Assembly: GCA_964369625.1 (NCBI GenBank)
Contig: CAYJFC010000002.1
Span: 5,502-69,501, forward strand
DNA length: 64,000 bases
DNA from: an uncultured Muribaculaceae bacterium
Lineage (GTDB): Bacteria; Bacillota_I; Bacilli_A; RF39; UBA660
Direction of reading: 5' to 3'
Shown here: one piece after another, positions 8,241 through 16,592 of the stretch
Numbering within the stretch: position 1 is the first letter of the stretch
Layout: every line of letters begins with the position of its first letter
The notes under the pieces: model-generated
Database searches by the model: none
What the model was told of the DNA's origin: nothing
The model's input: only the letters and a program-made list of their open reading frames with translations
Made by a program: the position numbers and the translations under genes

Positions 8241-9563
8241 TTAAAATAATTTTAATTTCTTTCTAACTATTTTTTCATTATTTTTAGAACCAGTTCCTAA
8301 AGAAACTATATTTGAATTTGTTTCATCTTCTAACCATTCTAAATAATTTCTTATATATCTATTAAAGTATATATCATCATAACGACCTATTACCTTTGAA
8401 TAGTTAATATCAAGATGTTGGAAAAAGTTTAAGTATAAATAATTTGGATCATTTACTATACAATTATTTTTAAGTTTTTTAATATCTAAATCAAACACTC
8501 TTCTTTCTTTTTTTGTAACAGTAGTTGTTTCAGATAAATCTTTTATTTCCCCAAAATCATAAAATTCACTACTATATGTAACATTATTTTGTAGTTTATT
8601 ATATAATCTTTCTAACTCCAGTAATTTAATATTATTAAGATTATTCAAATCAACTTCACCATTAAATACTTGTAGGAGTTGTTCCTGTGAAAATTTATTT
8701 ATTATAAATTCAATATATTCTTTATCGATAATAAAACTTAAATCATCAAACATATCTATAGTCGGATAACTTTTATTTAAAGATGAAATATTTATATGTG
8801 ACCAAGTAAGTTCGTTACCAGTTCCATACCTACCTGTATTAATATAATTTCCATTATAAGAAATGTTACTAATTCTTATAGGAAACGGCCTAATAACCAT
8901 TAAAGTATCTAAAAGTCTTAAAGGTGATATTCCTGAATCTGCTAATAACTGAGAGGTAGAAACATTTCTACTTGTTACATATGGGTAATTTCCACTATGA
9001 TTAAGTGATAAATCAGCCCCTTGCGACCCTTCTAATAAAACATATCCTTGAATGTTATTTAAATGCTTATTAATTTTTTCTAAATAGTCATCATTTTTAA
9101 TTACTATAGCATTTTTATATCCTTTGAAAAATTCTAAATCAGGATTTCTAGTTACTTTTTCTGATATAGCCGTTCCACAACCTTTAAATGTAGAGCCAAA
9201 TTTCAAATTGTTTTTTTCGTATTCTTTGTGTCTATCATCTATAATTGGTACCATTTCATGAACATATATCTTTCTATCTCCAAGTAAGTCTTTTATACTT
9301 TCATATTCAACAATAAAATCATTCATATCTATTATTGACCCAGGACCTATAAATAGTTCAGCTTTTTGATTTACAATGGTTACTGGAATATTTCTAAATA
9401 CATGTTTTAATCCATTTTCATCAACAAAGGTGTGACCTGCATTAGGCATATTATTAGTTATTGTAGCAACTATATTATAATCTGTTGCTATCTCTCCAAT
9501 TACTTTACCTTTACCACAGCTACCTGCTGCTCCATCAATAATCGAAATAACATTTCTATTCAT
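8241..9563 (-). CDS. Adenylosuccinate-synthetase (PurA)-family ligase, non-canonical. P-loop is GSCGKGK instead of GDEGKGK and the Arg cluster is lost (440 aa).
   Basis: PurA motifs GSCGKGKV, NAGHT, GSTFKGCGTAISEKV (compare GTTGRGIGP) and EGSQGADLSLNHSGNYPYVTSRN (compare EGAQGxLLDIDHGTYPYVTSSN). NTGRYGTGNELTW replaces TTGRRRRTGW. SD AAGAGGTG lies 5 nt before ATG. Confidence 0.75.
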   Translation of the reverse strand: MNRNVISIIDGAAGSCGKGKVIGEIATDYNIVATITNNMPNAGHTFVDENGLKHVFRNIPVTIVNQKAELFIGPGSIIDMNDFIVEYESIKDLLGDRKIYVHEMVPIIDDRHKEYEKNNLKFGSTFKGCGTAISEKVTRNPDLEFFKGYKNAIVIKNDDYLEKINKHLNNIQGYVLLEGSQGADLSLNHSGNYPYVTSRNVSTSQLLADSGISPLRLLDTLMVIRPFPIRISNISYNGNYINTGRYGTGNELTWSHINISSLNKSYPTIDMFDDLSFIIDKEYIEFIINKFSQEQLLQVFNGEVDLNNLNNIKLLELERLYNKLQNNVTYSSEFYDFGEIKDLSETTTVTKKERRVFDLDIKKLKNNCIVNDPNYLYLNFFQHLDINYSKVIGRYDDIYFNRYIRNYLEWLEDETNSNIVSLGTGSKNNEKIVRKKLKLF

Positions 9564-9566
9564 AGT

Positions 9567-9692
9567 AACACCTCTTGGTTGTTTATTATATCACTTTTTA
9601 CTTATATTTAAAACTATTCCTATACTTGCTAGTGATATTAAAAGACTTGATCCACCATAACTAAGAAATGGTAGCGTTACCCCTGTAACAGG
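9567..9692. repeat. Direct-repeat copy B: the functional ftsW 3' end plus the SD of the PurA-like gene.
   Basis: See copy A. Homology decays upstream of codon -30 (VTG) and about 25 nt beyond the stop codon. Confidence 0.8.
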
Positions 9693-10673
9693 TATAAGTC
9701 CCACAACTACAGCTAAATTGAGAAGTGCTTGCACTAGTATTCCGCTTCCTATACCAAATGATAAATATTTTGCAAATAAATTTGTTTGTTTAAGAGATAT
9801 TTTAATAATTCTATAAAATATAAAAAAGAAGAAAGATGTAACAATTATGACTCCTAAAAAACCAAATTCTTCACTAATAATAGAAAATATAAAATCAGTT
9901 TGAGGCTCAGGAAGATAAAAATGTTTTTGCCTAGAAGACATAAATCCTTGTCCGAGAAGACCACCTGGTCCTATTGCATATAAACTTTGAATTATTTGAA
10001 AACCTGATCCAAGTGGATCACTCCATGGATTCAAAAACGATACAATTCTGGCAACTCTATAGGGTGCCGCTATAATTAAACCTACTACACCAAGCAACCC
10101 TGCTATACCTAATTTTATAAAAAAACTTAAGTTAACTCCAGAGGCAAATATTATAATTATATTAGTTAACACTAGTACTACACCCGTTCCAAAATCTGGT
10201 TCTAGCATAATTAAAGTAAATGTTAAAATAATAACACCTAAAAGCGGCATTATATTTTTTATATTATTATTGGTATTAATTTTATTTTTAGATAAATATT
10301 TAGATGTAAAAATAATTAAAGCTAATTTTGTAAATTCTGAAGGTTGTAATCCAAACGAACCTATACCAAACCAACTTCTAGATCCATTACGAACAACTCC
10401 TATCCCAGGAATAAGTACTAAAATTAATAATACGAAACATATTATAAAAATTAAATTACTTCTTTTTTCATAAAATTTATAATTAATTTTAGAAATAATA
10501 AATACTCCAATAATTCCTATTATTAAAAATAAACTCTGCTGCATAACAAAACGATACTGGTTATCAAATTTATATTCTGCCCATACATAACTAGAAGAAT
10601 ATATCATTATACAACCAAAAACACTTAATATAACAACACTTATTAAAAGTGGATAGTCTATTTTTTTACTCAT
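9591..10673 (-). CDS. SEDS-family peptidoglycan glycosyltransferase (FtsW/RodA/SpoVE), 360 aa.
   Basis: 10-TM profile. Typical SEDS C-terminus [23 protein letters not shown]. No obvious SD. Confidence 0.8.
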   Translation of the reverse strand: MSKKIDYPLLISVVILSVFGCIMIYSSSYVWAEYKFDNQYRFVMQQSLFLIIGIIGVFIISKINYKFYEKRSNLIFIICFVLLILVLIPGIGVVRNGSRSWFGIGSFGLQPSEFTKLALIIFTSKYLSKNKINTNNNIKNIMPLLGVIILTFTLIMLEPDFGTGVVLVLTNIIIIFASGVNLSFFIKLGIAGLLGVVGLIIAAPYRVARIVSFLNPWSDPLGSGFQIIQSLYAIGPGGLLGQGFMSSRQKHFYLPEPQTDFIFSIISEEFGFLGVIIVTSFFFFIFYRIIKISLKQTNLFAKYLSFGIGSGILVQALLNLAVVVGLIPVTGVTLPFLSYGGSSLLISLASIGIVLNISKK

Positions 10674-10696
10674 ATACTAAACTTTATTAAGTTTAT

Positions 10697-10724
10697 AAAA
10701 AAAAAGAACCCAAGTTCTTTTTTT
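10697..10724. terminator. Bidirectional-type intrinsic terminator downstream of the nuclease gene.
   Basis: A9-AGAAC-CCAA-GTTCT-T7. The nuclease stop codon (10723-10725) abuts the T/A-run. Confidence 0.55.
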
Positions 10725-11448
10725 ATGTTAAATAACTAGTTCCATCACTATAATTAATTGTCACTCCTGGCTGTACATTATATACATATACATTAAACAT
10801 TATTTCATCATCTAATGTAGATAAAGCTTCCATAATAACACCGCTAGCAACTAAATTATCTCCATCATAAACTGGAGTTACTCTATACAAAACTGGATTA
10901 CCTGTTTCTTTAATATAGTCTGCTACCATATTTTCAAAAGGAAGCATTCCTTCAACATTAAAATATCTTGTTCCTGTTATTAAATTTTCTTCGTTGGCAT
11001 TTTCACCAGTTAACTGAAATCCGATTAAATGTGATCTATTATATAAATATTTCCCTGACACAATATCATACTTAACTGTTTGCCATCCGCTAGGCTTTAC
11101 CGTTCCTATGCTCTCTCTATCTTCAGTAGGCATTAAACTACTATCTATTTTTGCATATGCAGTGCCAGCTCTATTTAAATTATCTAGTGGCATATATTCT
11201 TCAAAAATATTTTTTTCTTTGTCATTATCAGTAAATAATGGGATATTATCATTTAATACTACATATATATTTTCAGTATATACAGGAATATCATCAATAT
11301 TATAACTTTCATATGTAGTTGCACTTTCTATTGTAGTTTTTGCATCATCAGTGAAAAAATTAATTACATCATCAAATGAATATGATCCATTTAAAAAGTA
11401 AATACCAATTCCTACAAGACCCACTAAACCTATTAATGTTTTTTTCAT
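10723..11448 (-). CDS. Secreted DNA/RNA non-specific endonuclease (NucA/EndA family), 241 aa.
   Basis: N-terminal signal/TM segment. Active-site region NRSHLIGFQLTGENANEENLITGTRYFN (DRGH-type motif). Confidence 0.7.
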   Translation of the reverse strand: MKKTLIGLVGLVGIGIYFLNGSYSFDDVINFFTDDAKTTIESATTYESYNIDDIPVYTENIYVVLNDNIPLFTDNDKEKNIFEEYMPLDNLNRAGTAYAKIDSSLMPTEDRESIGTVKPSGWQTVKYDIVSGKYLYNRSHLIGFQLTGENANEENLITGTRYFNVEGMLPFENMVADYIKETGNPVLYRVTPVYDGDNLVASGVIMEALSTLDDEIMFNVYVYNVQPGVTINYSDGTSYLT

Positions 11449-11849
11449 ATACTGCTCCTAATATAAATTTCTCTAGTAATTTTTTTATGAGAATTACCAA
11501 TAAATTCCTTTGTTTCACGTAATATATATTTACTTAAATCAATGTCCAATTTAATATCAGACGGATATGATCTATTAAATTTATATACTATAATTTCATC
11601 TATTTCTTTTTCAATTTTTTTTAAGTCACTAAGTTCATTAAAATAAAAACCTGATTCCGATACTATATTATCAGAAATATTAATTGTTTTATTATAACCA
11701 TATTCTTCAAACATTTTATATGAATAATTATTCATATGTAAATATACATTTAAAAACTCTATATCTTCAATTATTTTTCTATCTTTACTAACTCTTTTAT
11801 TATTCCAAGATATTCCATATTTATCATCTATACAAACTATAATCTTCAT
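11445..11849 (-). CDS. Hypothetical protein (134 aa) translationally overlapping (ATGA) the nuclease gene. Possibly nuclease-associated.
   Basis: 4-nt start/stop overlap with the nuclease gene. N-terminus MKIIVCIDDKYGISWNNKR is faintly DHFR/RibD-C-like. Function not assignable. Confidence 0.4.
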   Translation of the reverse strand: MKIIVCIDDKYGISWNNKRVSKDRKIIEDIEFLNVYLHMNNYSYKMFEEYGYNKTINISDNIVSESGFYFNELSDLKKIEKEIDEIIVYKFNRSYPSDIKLDIDLSKYILRETKEFIGNSHKKITREIYIRSSI

Positions 11850-11921
11850 ATTTACTCCTTAAATATTATAACACTATTTAATAAATTAAGATCTTTTTAT
11901 ATTATATCTTTACATATATAA

Positions 11922-12404
11922 TTAGTATTCTCTGTTTACATGGTGAAATAATCGATTATATTTTATTATCTCATATAAAATATCAGGAACAACATTATAA
12001 TCTTTCAATTTATTTATTTCAATCCATTTAAAATATTCTTCACTGCTAGCTGTTTCATCTTGATTATATATTATTTCTGGAAATATATATTTATCAACTT
12101 TTAAAGATAATTCTCCAATAAAAAGAATTTCATGTCTACTTTTTTTATCAAAATCAGATTCGAAGAAATTTTCTACAATTCCTCTTGTTCTAACAAAATT
12201 GCATTCAAGTTTTGTTTCTTCGTAAATTTCTCTAAGCATCGCTTCATGTGCAGCTTCACCTACTTTGCATTTACCACCTGGAAGAGTTGCATAATCTGTT
12301 TTTTCATTAAATTGTAATAATACTTTTTTATTATGTATTACCAGTGCGCTAACTCTAAATACAAAATTCATTTTTTTATCTACTATTTTAATATCTTTTC
12401 CCAT
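11922..12404 (-). CDS. Nudix hydrolase (160 aa).
   Basis: Canonical Nudix box GGKCKVGEAAHEAMLREIYEETKLEC. Confidence 0.75.
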   Translation of the reverse strand: MGKDIKIVDKKMNFVFRVSALVIHNKKVLLQFNEKTDYATLPGGKCKVGEAAHEAMLREIYEETKLECNFVRTRGIVENFFESDFDKKSRHEILFIGELSLKVDKYIFPEIIYNQDETASSEEYFKWIEINKLKDYNVVPDILYEIIKYNRLFHHVNREY

Positions 12405-12433
12405 AATCTACTCCATTTAACTTTATTATATCA

Positions 12434-12464
12434 AAAAAATACCTACTGTGGTATTTCTTTTTTT
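12434..12464. terminator. Intrinsic terminator at the end of the hydrogenase operon. Palindromic with A-run and T-run on either side.
   Basis: A7-AATACC-TACTGT-GGTATT-TCTTTTTTT. The hydA stop codon lies within it. Confidence 0.6.
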
Positions 12465-14197
12465 AAATTATATTTGGTTGTTTTTTCATAAACTGTATGA
12501 AATAATTCATGTGCTTTTTCTTTTCCAGGTTTCCCAATATATTCTAAATATATTTTTTGCATTTCTGGATTTTCATGCGATTTTCTAATTTTGCTTTTTT
12601 CATCTACACTATATAAAGCACTTGCTCTTAAACTTCTAACATCTGTTTTATCCAAAATATTGCTATGCACTATAGGTTGACCACCACCCATGATGCATCC
12701 TCCTGGACATGCCATTATTTCTATAAAATCATATTTTTCTTTACCCGATTCTAATTCTTTTAATATAATGTCCGCATTTTTAAGTCCAGATACTACTACT
12801 AATTTGTACTCCTTATTATTAATTGTTACTGCTGCTTTTTTGATAGCTTTGTCTTTTCTAATTTCTTCAAAAACTATTTTTTCACTTCTATCTCCTAGTA
12901 AATCTTTAGCAGTTCTAACAGCAGCTTCCATTACTCCTCCAGAAGTTCCAAATATAGCAGCAGCTCCAGTTGCATACCCAAGAGGATTATCAAACTCTTT
13001 TTCTGGTAAATTCTTAAAATCAATACTGTAATCATTTATTAATTTAGCAAGTTCTCTAGTAGTTATTACTGCATCAACATCTTTTAAGCCATTTACCTCA
13101 CTACCTTTTTTTGTGATTTCATATTTTTTTGAAGTACATGGCATAACTGATACAACAAAAATATTTTCTGGTTTTAACTTATTTCGTTTAGCGTAATAAG
13201 ATTTAATAACGGCACCAAGCATTTGATGAGGTGATTTACAAGTAGACAAATGATTTATGTAATTTGGATAGTTCATTTCTATAAATCTTACCCAAGCAGG
13301 TGAGCAAGATGTTATCATTGGTAATATTTCATTATTTTGAATACGCTTTACTAGTTCAACAGCTTCTTCCATAATCGTAAAATCTGCACCCGTATTAGTA
13401 TCAAATACTTTTTTAAATCCCATTTCATTTAGAGCACTAACCATTTTACCAGTAACGTTTTCTCCTATTTCATAGCCAAATTCTTCACCTAGTGCTACTC
13501 TTATTGACGGAGCAGTTTGAACAACAACATATTTATTCTCATCTTTAAGAGCCTTTTTAACTTTAGATATATTTTCTTTTTCACTTAAAGCACCAGTTGG
13601 ACAAGCTATAATACACTGACCACAATATGTGCAATTTACATCATTTAAACTTGCGTTACATGCAGTGCTAACAATTGAATCAAATCCTCTGTTCATTGTA
13701 TTTATAGCACCTATATTTTGAATTTTATCACATACACTTACACATCTTTTGCATAATATACATTTATTTGAATCTCTAACAATAGATGGTGATTTATCAT
13801 CTATTTGATAAGTGTGCTTTTCACCTTTATAAATTGATGATTCCACATTATATTTTTTCATTAATTTTTTTAGTTCACATTTGCCTTTTCTAGAACAATT
13901 TAAACAATCAAAATGATGATTTGAAACTATTAAATTAAGCATTTTTAATCTGGCTTCTTCTACATCAATTTCATTTGTATTTACATTTAAACCATCATAA
14001 ACTTTTAAAGAGCACGCTGTATATAATTTATTATCTTGTAGATTTTTAACAAGACACATACGACAACTACTATTGTTATTTACATTTTTTAAAAAGCATA
14101 GTGTTGGTATAAAAATATTATTACTTCTAGCCACTTCTAAAATGGTTTTACCTTCATTAACAGTAAATTCATTATTATTTATACTTATATTAATCAT
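12443..14197 (-). CDS. hydA: [FeFe]-hydrogenase catalytic subunit HydA with N-terminal 2Fe-2S and 4Fe-4S ferredoxin domains (584 aa).
   Basis: H-cluster motifs TSCSPAW (L1), MPCTSKKYE (L2), MACPGGCIMGGGQP (L3). Multiple CxxCxxC clusters at the N-terminus. Confidence 0.9.
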   Translation of the reverse strand: MINISINNNEFTVNEGKTILEVARSNNIFIPTLCFLKNVNNNSSCRMCLVKNLQDNKLYTACSLKVYDGLNVNTNEIDVEEARLKMLNLIVSNHHFDCLNCSRKGKCELKKLMKKYNVESSIYKGEKHTYQIDDKSPSIVRDSNKCILCKRCVSVCDKIQNIGAINTMNRGFDSIVSTACNASLNDVNCTYCGQCIIACPTGALSEKENISKVKKALKDENKYVVVQTAPSIRVALGEEFGYEIGENVTGKMVSALNEMGFKKVFDTNTGADFTIMEEAVELVKRIQNNEILPMITSCSPAWVRFIEMNYPNYINHLSTCKSPHQMLGAVIKSYYAKRNKLKPENIFVVSVMPCTSKKYEITKKGSEVNGLKDVDAVITTRELAKLINDYSIDFKNLPEKEFDNPLGYATGAAAIFGTSGGVMEAAVRTAKDLLGDRSEKIVFEEIRKDKAIKKAAVTINNKEYKLVVVSGLKNADIILKELESGKEKYDFIEIMACPGGCIMGGGQPIVHSNILDKTDVRSLRASALYSVDEKSKIRKSHENPEMQKIYLEYIGKPGKEKAHELFHTVYEKTTKYNLKKEIPQ

Positions 14198-14204
14198 AAA
14201 ACTC

Positions 14205-16019
14205 CTAACCTATAATAGCATTAAAAGGACAAGCTTTAATGCATAATTTACATTTAACGCATTTTTCTTTATTAATTTTTCTAATAGCTGTCCCTTCAAT
14301 TGCTTCAAAAGAACATGCTTTTTGACATAAGCCACACGATTTACATTTATCAGGATCTATAAATATTTCATCTGATAAATTACATATATTTGCATCACAT
14401 TTGTGATGTACTATGTGATTAATATATTCTTCTTTAAAATATTTTAAAGTACTTAAAACTGGATTTGGAGCACTTTGTCCAAGTCCACATAAACTAGTTT
14501 TAATTATAGTATTAGATAAATCTTCTAAAAGGTCTAAATCTTCAAGCTGGGCTTTCCCTGTTGTTATTTTTTCAAGAATTTCACTCATTCTTTTAGTTCC
14601 TATTCTGCATGCTGTACATTTACCACAACTTTCACTTACTGTAAAATCTAAATAAAATTTAGCCAAAGATACCATACATTTACTATCATCAACTACTATT
14701 AAGCCTCCAGACCCCATCATAGATCCTATATTTTTTAGCGATTCGTAATCCATTTTAGTATCTAATAGCGCCTCAGGTATACACCCTCCTGAAGGTCCGC
14801 CTGTTTGGGCAGCTTTAAATTTCTTATTGTTGTTAATTCCTCCACCGATATCAAATATTATTTCTCTAAGCGTTATTCCTATTGGCACTTCTACAAGGCC
14901 AGTATTTACAACATCACCACCTAAAGCAAATACTTTAGTTCCTCCTGAATTTTCTGTACCTATTTTATTAAATGCTTTGCTTCCTGATAAAATAATAAGA
15001 GGAATATTTGCTAGTGTTTCCACATTATTTATAACTGTTGGACAGCCATATAATCCTGCAATAGTAGGATAAGGTGGTTTTCCTCTGGGGTGTCCTATTT
15101 TTCCTTCAATGGATTCTAAAAGAGCTGTTTCTTCTCCACAAACAAAAGCTCCAGCTCCTATTCTAATTTCTAAATCAAATGAAAAATTACTATCTAATAT
15201 ATTATTTCCAAGAATTTTATATTCATATGCTTTACTAATAGCTGCTTTAAGTTTTTTTACAGCATTTGGATATTCTGCTCTAATATAAATATAGCCTTTA
15301 TTTGCATTAATAGCATATGCTGCAATAATAATTCCTTCTATAACACTGTGAGGATTTCCTTCTAAAATAGAGCGGTCCATAAAAGCTCCAGGATCTCCTT
15401 CATCAGCATTACATATTACATATTTTTGTTCTGATTTAATTTCATATGCTGATTTCCATTTCAGACCAGTATTAAAACCGGCCCCACCTCTTCCTCTAAG
15501 CTTGGAATCAGTTATCATGGTAATTATTGATTCATTTGATAATGTAAGTATTTTTTCTAAAGCTTTATAACCATCATTTTTTATATAATGATCAATATTT
15601 TCCGGATCAATTAATCCACATAATTTTAACACTTGTCTATTTTGTTTTTTATAAAATGAAATATTTTCTAACTTTTTACTTATTTTACCATTTTCATCTT
15701 CTAACAATAATTTATCAACTATAATATTTTGCTTTATATGACTATCAATAATTTCTTTACAATTTTTAATGGATACCTGAGCATAACATACATTATCTGG
15801 TTTTACAGCTACAAAAGGTCCTTTAGAGCATAAACCAAAACAACCTGTTTTAATTACTTTTACACTATCTAAACTTTCACTATTAATAATTTTGTTAAAC
15901 TCATCTATTATTTTCATAGAATTTGATGCACTACACCCAGTATCACTACATACTAAAATATGTTTTTCATTTTTTAAAATGTTTTTTTCTTTTCTAATTT
16001 CATTAAAAATTTTCATCAT
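14205..16019 (-). CDS. hydB: NuoF-like NAD(H)-binding flavoprotein subunit HydB of bifurcating hydrogenase (604 aa).
   Basis: NuoF-type motifs (GRGGAGFNTGLKW, ADEGDPGAFMD). N-terminal thioredoxin-like 2Fe-2S. C-terminal 2x[4Fe-4S] CxxCxxCxxxCP. Confidence 0.85.
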   Translation of the reverse strand: MMKIFNEIRKEKNILKNEKHILVCSDTGCSASNSMKIIDEFNKIINSESLDSVKVIKTGCFGLCSKGPFVAVKPDNVCYAQVSIKNCKEIIDSHIKQNIIVDKLLLEDENGKISKKLENISFYKKQNRQVLKLCGLIDPENIDHYIKNDGYKALEKILTLSNESIITMITDSKLRGRGGAGFNTGLKWKSAYEIKSEQKYVICNADEGDPGAFMDRSILEGNPHSVIEGIIIAAYAINANKGYIYIRAEYPNAVKKLKAAISKAYEYKILGNNILDSNFSFDLEIRIGAGAFVCGEETALLESIEGKIGHPRGKPPYPTIAGLYGCPTVINNVETLANIPLIILSGSKAFNKIGTENSGGTKVFALGGDVVNTGLVEVPIGITLREIIFDIGGGINNNKKFKAAQTGGPSGGCIPEALLDTKMDYESLKNIGSMMGSGGLIVVDDSKCMVSLAKFYLDFTVSESCGKCTACRIGTKRMSEILEKITTGKAQLEDLDLLEDLSNTIIKTSLCGLGQSAPNPVLSTLKYFKEEYINHIVHHKCDANICNLSDEIFIDPDKCKSCGLCQKACSFEAIEGTAIRKINKEKCVKCKLCIKACPFNAIIG

Positions 16020-16464
16020 TTTTACTCCTTAAATCATTAATAATGCTTTCTAATTTATCTAGTGTACAGTTTCCATAAATTTCATCATTAACAATAAGTA
16101 CTGGAGCCAGACTACAAGCACCAACACATCTATTTTCCACTATTTTAAATAGTCCGTCACTTGTTACTTCACCTGTTTTTATATTTAATGTATTTTCAAG
16201 TTTCTCTAAAAGATTCTTTGCACCTTTTACAAAACAAGCTGTTCCCATACACACCGATATATTATATTTACCATTACGAGATAAAGAAAATCTTGAATAA
16301 AATGTAATCACACTATAAATTTCTGCCATCGATACATTTAAATAATCAGATATTAATAGTTGATTTTCAAGCGATATGTATCCATATTTGTCTTGAAATT
16401 CATTTAATATTTCTATTAAGTTACTTTTATCTTTACTATATTTTTTTAATACTTCATTTTCCAT
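16003..16464 (-). CDS. hydC: NuoE-like 2Fe-2S subunit HydC (153 aa).
   Basis: Thioredoxin-like ferredoxin motifs CMGTAC ... CVGACSLAPV. Overlaps hydB by 17 nt. SD AGGAG. Confidence 0.8.
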   Translation of the reverse strand: MENEVLKKYSKDKSNLIEILNEFQDKYGYISLENQLLISDYLNVSMAEIYSVITFYSRFSLSRNGKYNISVCMGTACFVKGAKNLLEKLENTLNIKTGEVTSDGLFKIVENRCVGACSLAPVLIVNDEIYGNCTLDKLESIINDLRSKNDENF

Positions 16465-16489
16465 AGTGCACTCCTATATTCTTATATAT

Positions 16490-16518
16490 ATTTTATCAAA
16501 TATAATAGGTGCTGTCTA
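16490..16518 (-). promoter_or_regulatory. Sigma-A-type promoter for hydCBA: TAGACA, 17 nt spacer, TAAAAT.
   Basis: Reverse complement of 16513-16518 is TAGACA and of 16490-16495 is TAAAAT. AGGAG SD follows. Confidence 0.4.
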
Positions 16519-16564
16519 TTAATTAAACACATAAGAATATTTTTATAATATAGGTTTTCTATCA

Positions 16565-16592
16565 TAAAAAAAGTAATTAAATATTAATTACT
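16565..16592 (-). terminator. Intrinsic terminator of the ABC-F gene.
   Basis: AGTAATTAA-ATAT-TAATTACT stem overlapping the stop codon, followed on the minus strand by T7. Confidence 0.5.

Noticed and set aside
8241-9563. Housekeeping purA
   Set aside because: The catalytic Asp of GDEGKGK and the Arg-rich aspartate loop are replaced, and the gene lies in a repeat-flanked cassette rather than a conserved purine-operon or origin-proximal context.
11445-11849. Calling the small ORF upstream of the nuclease Nin (nuclease inhibitor)
   Set aside because: Only size and operon position agree. No sequence resemblance to B. subtilis Nin that I can see, so it is left as hypothetical.
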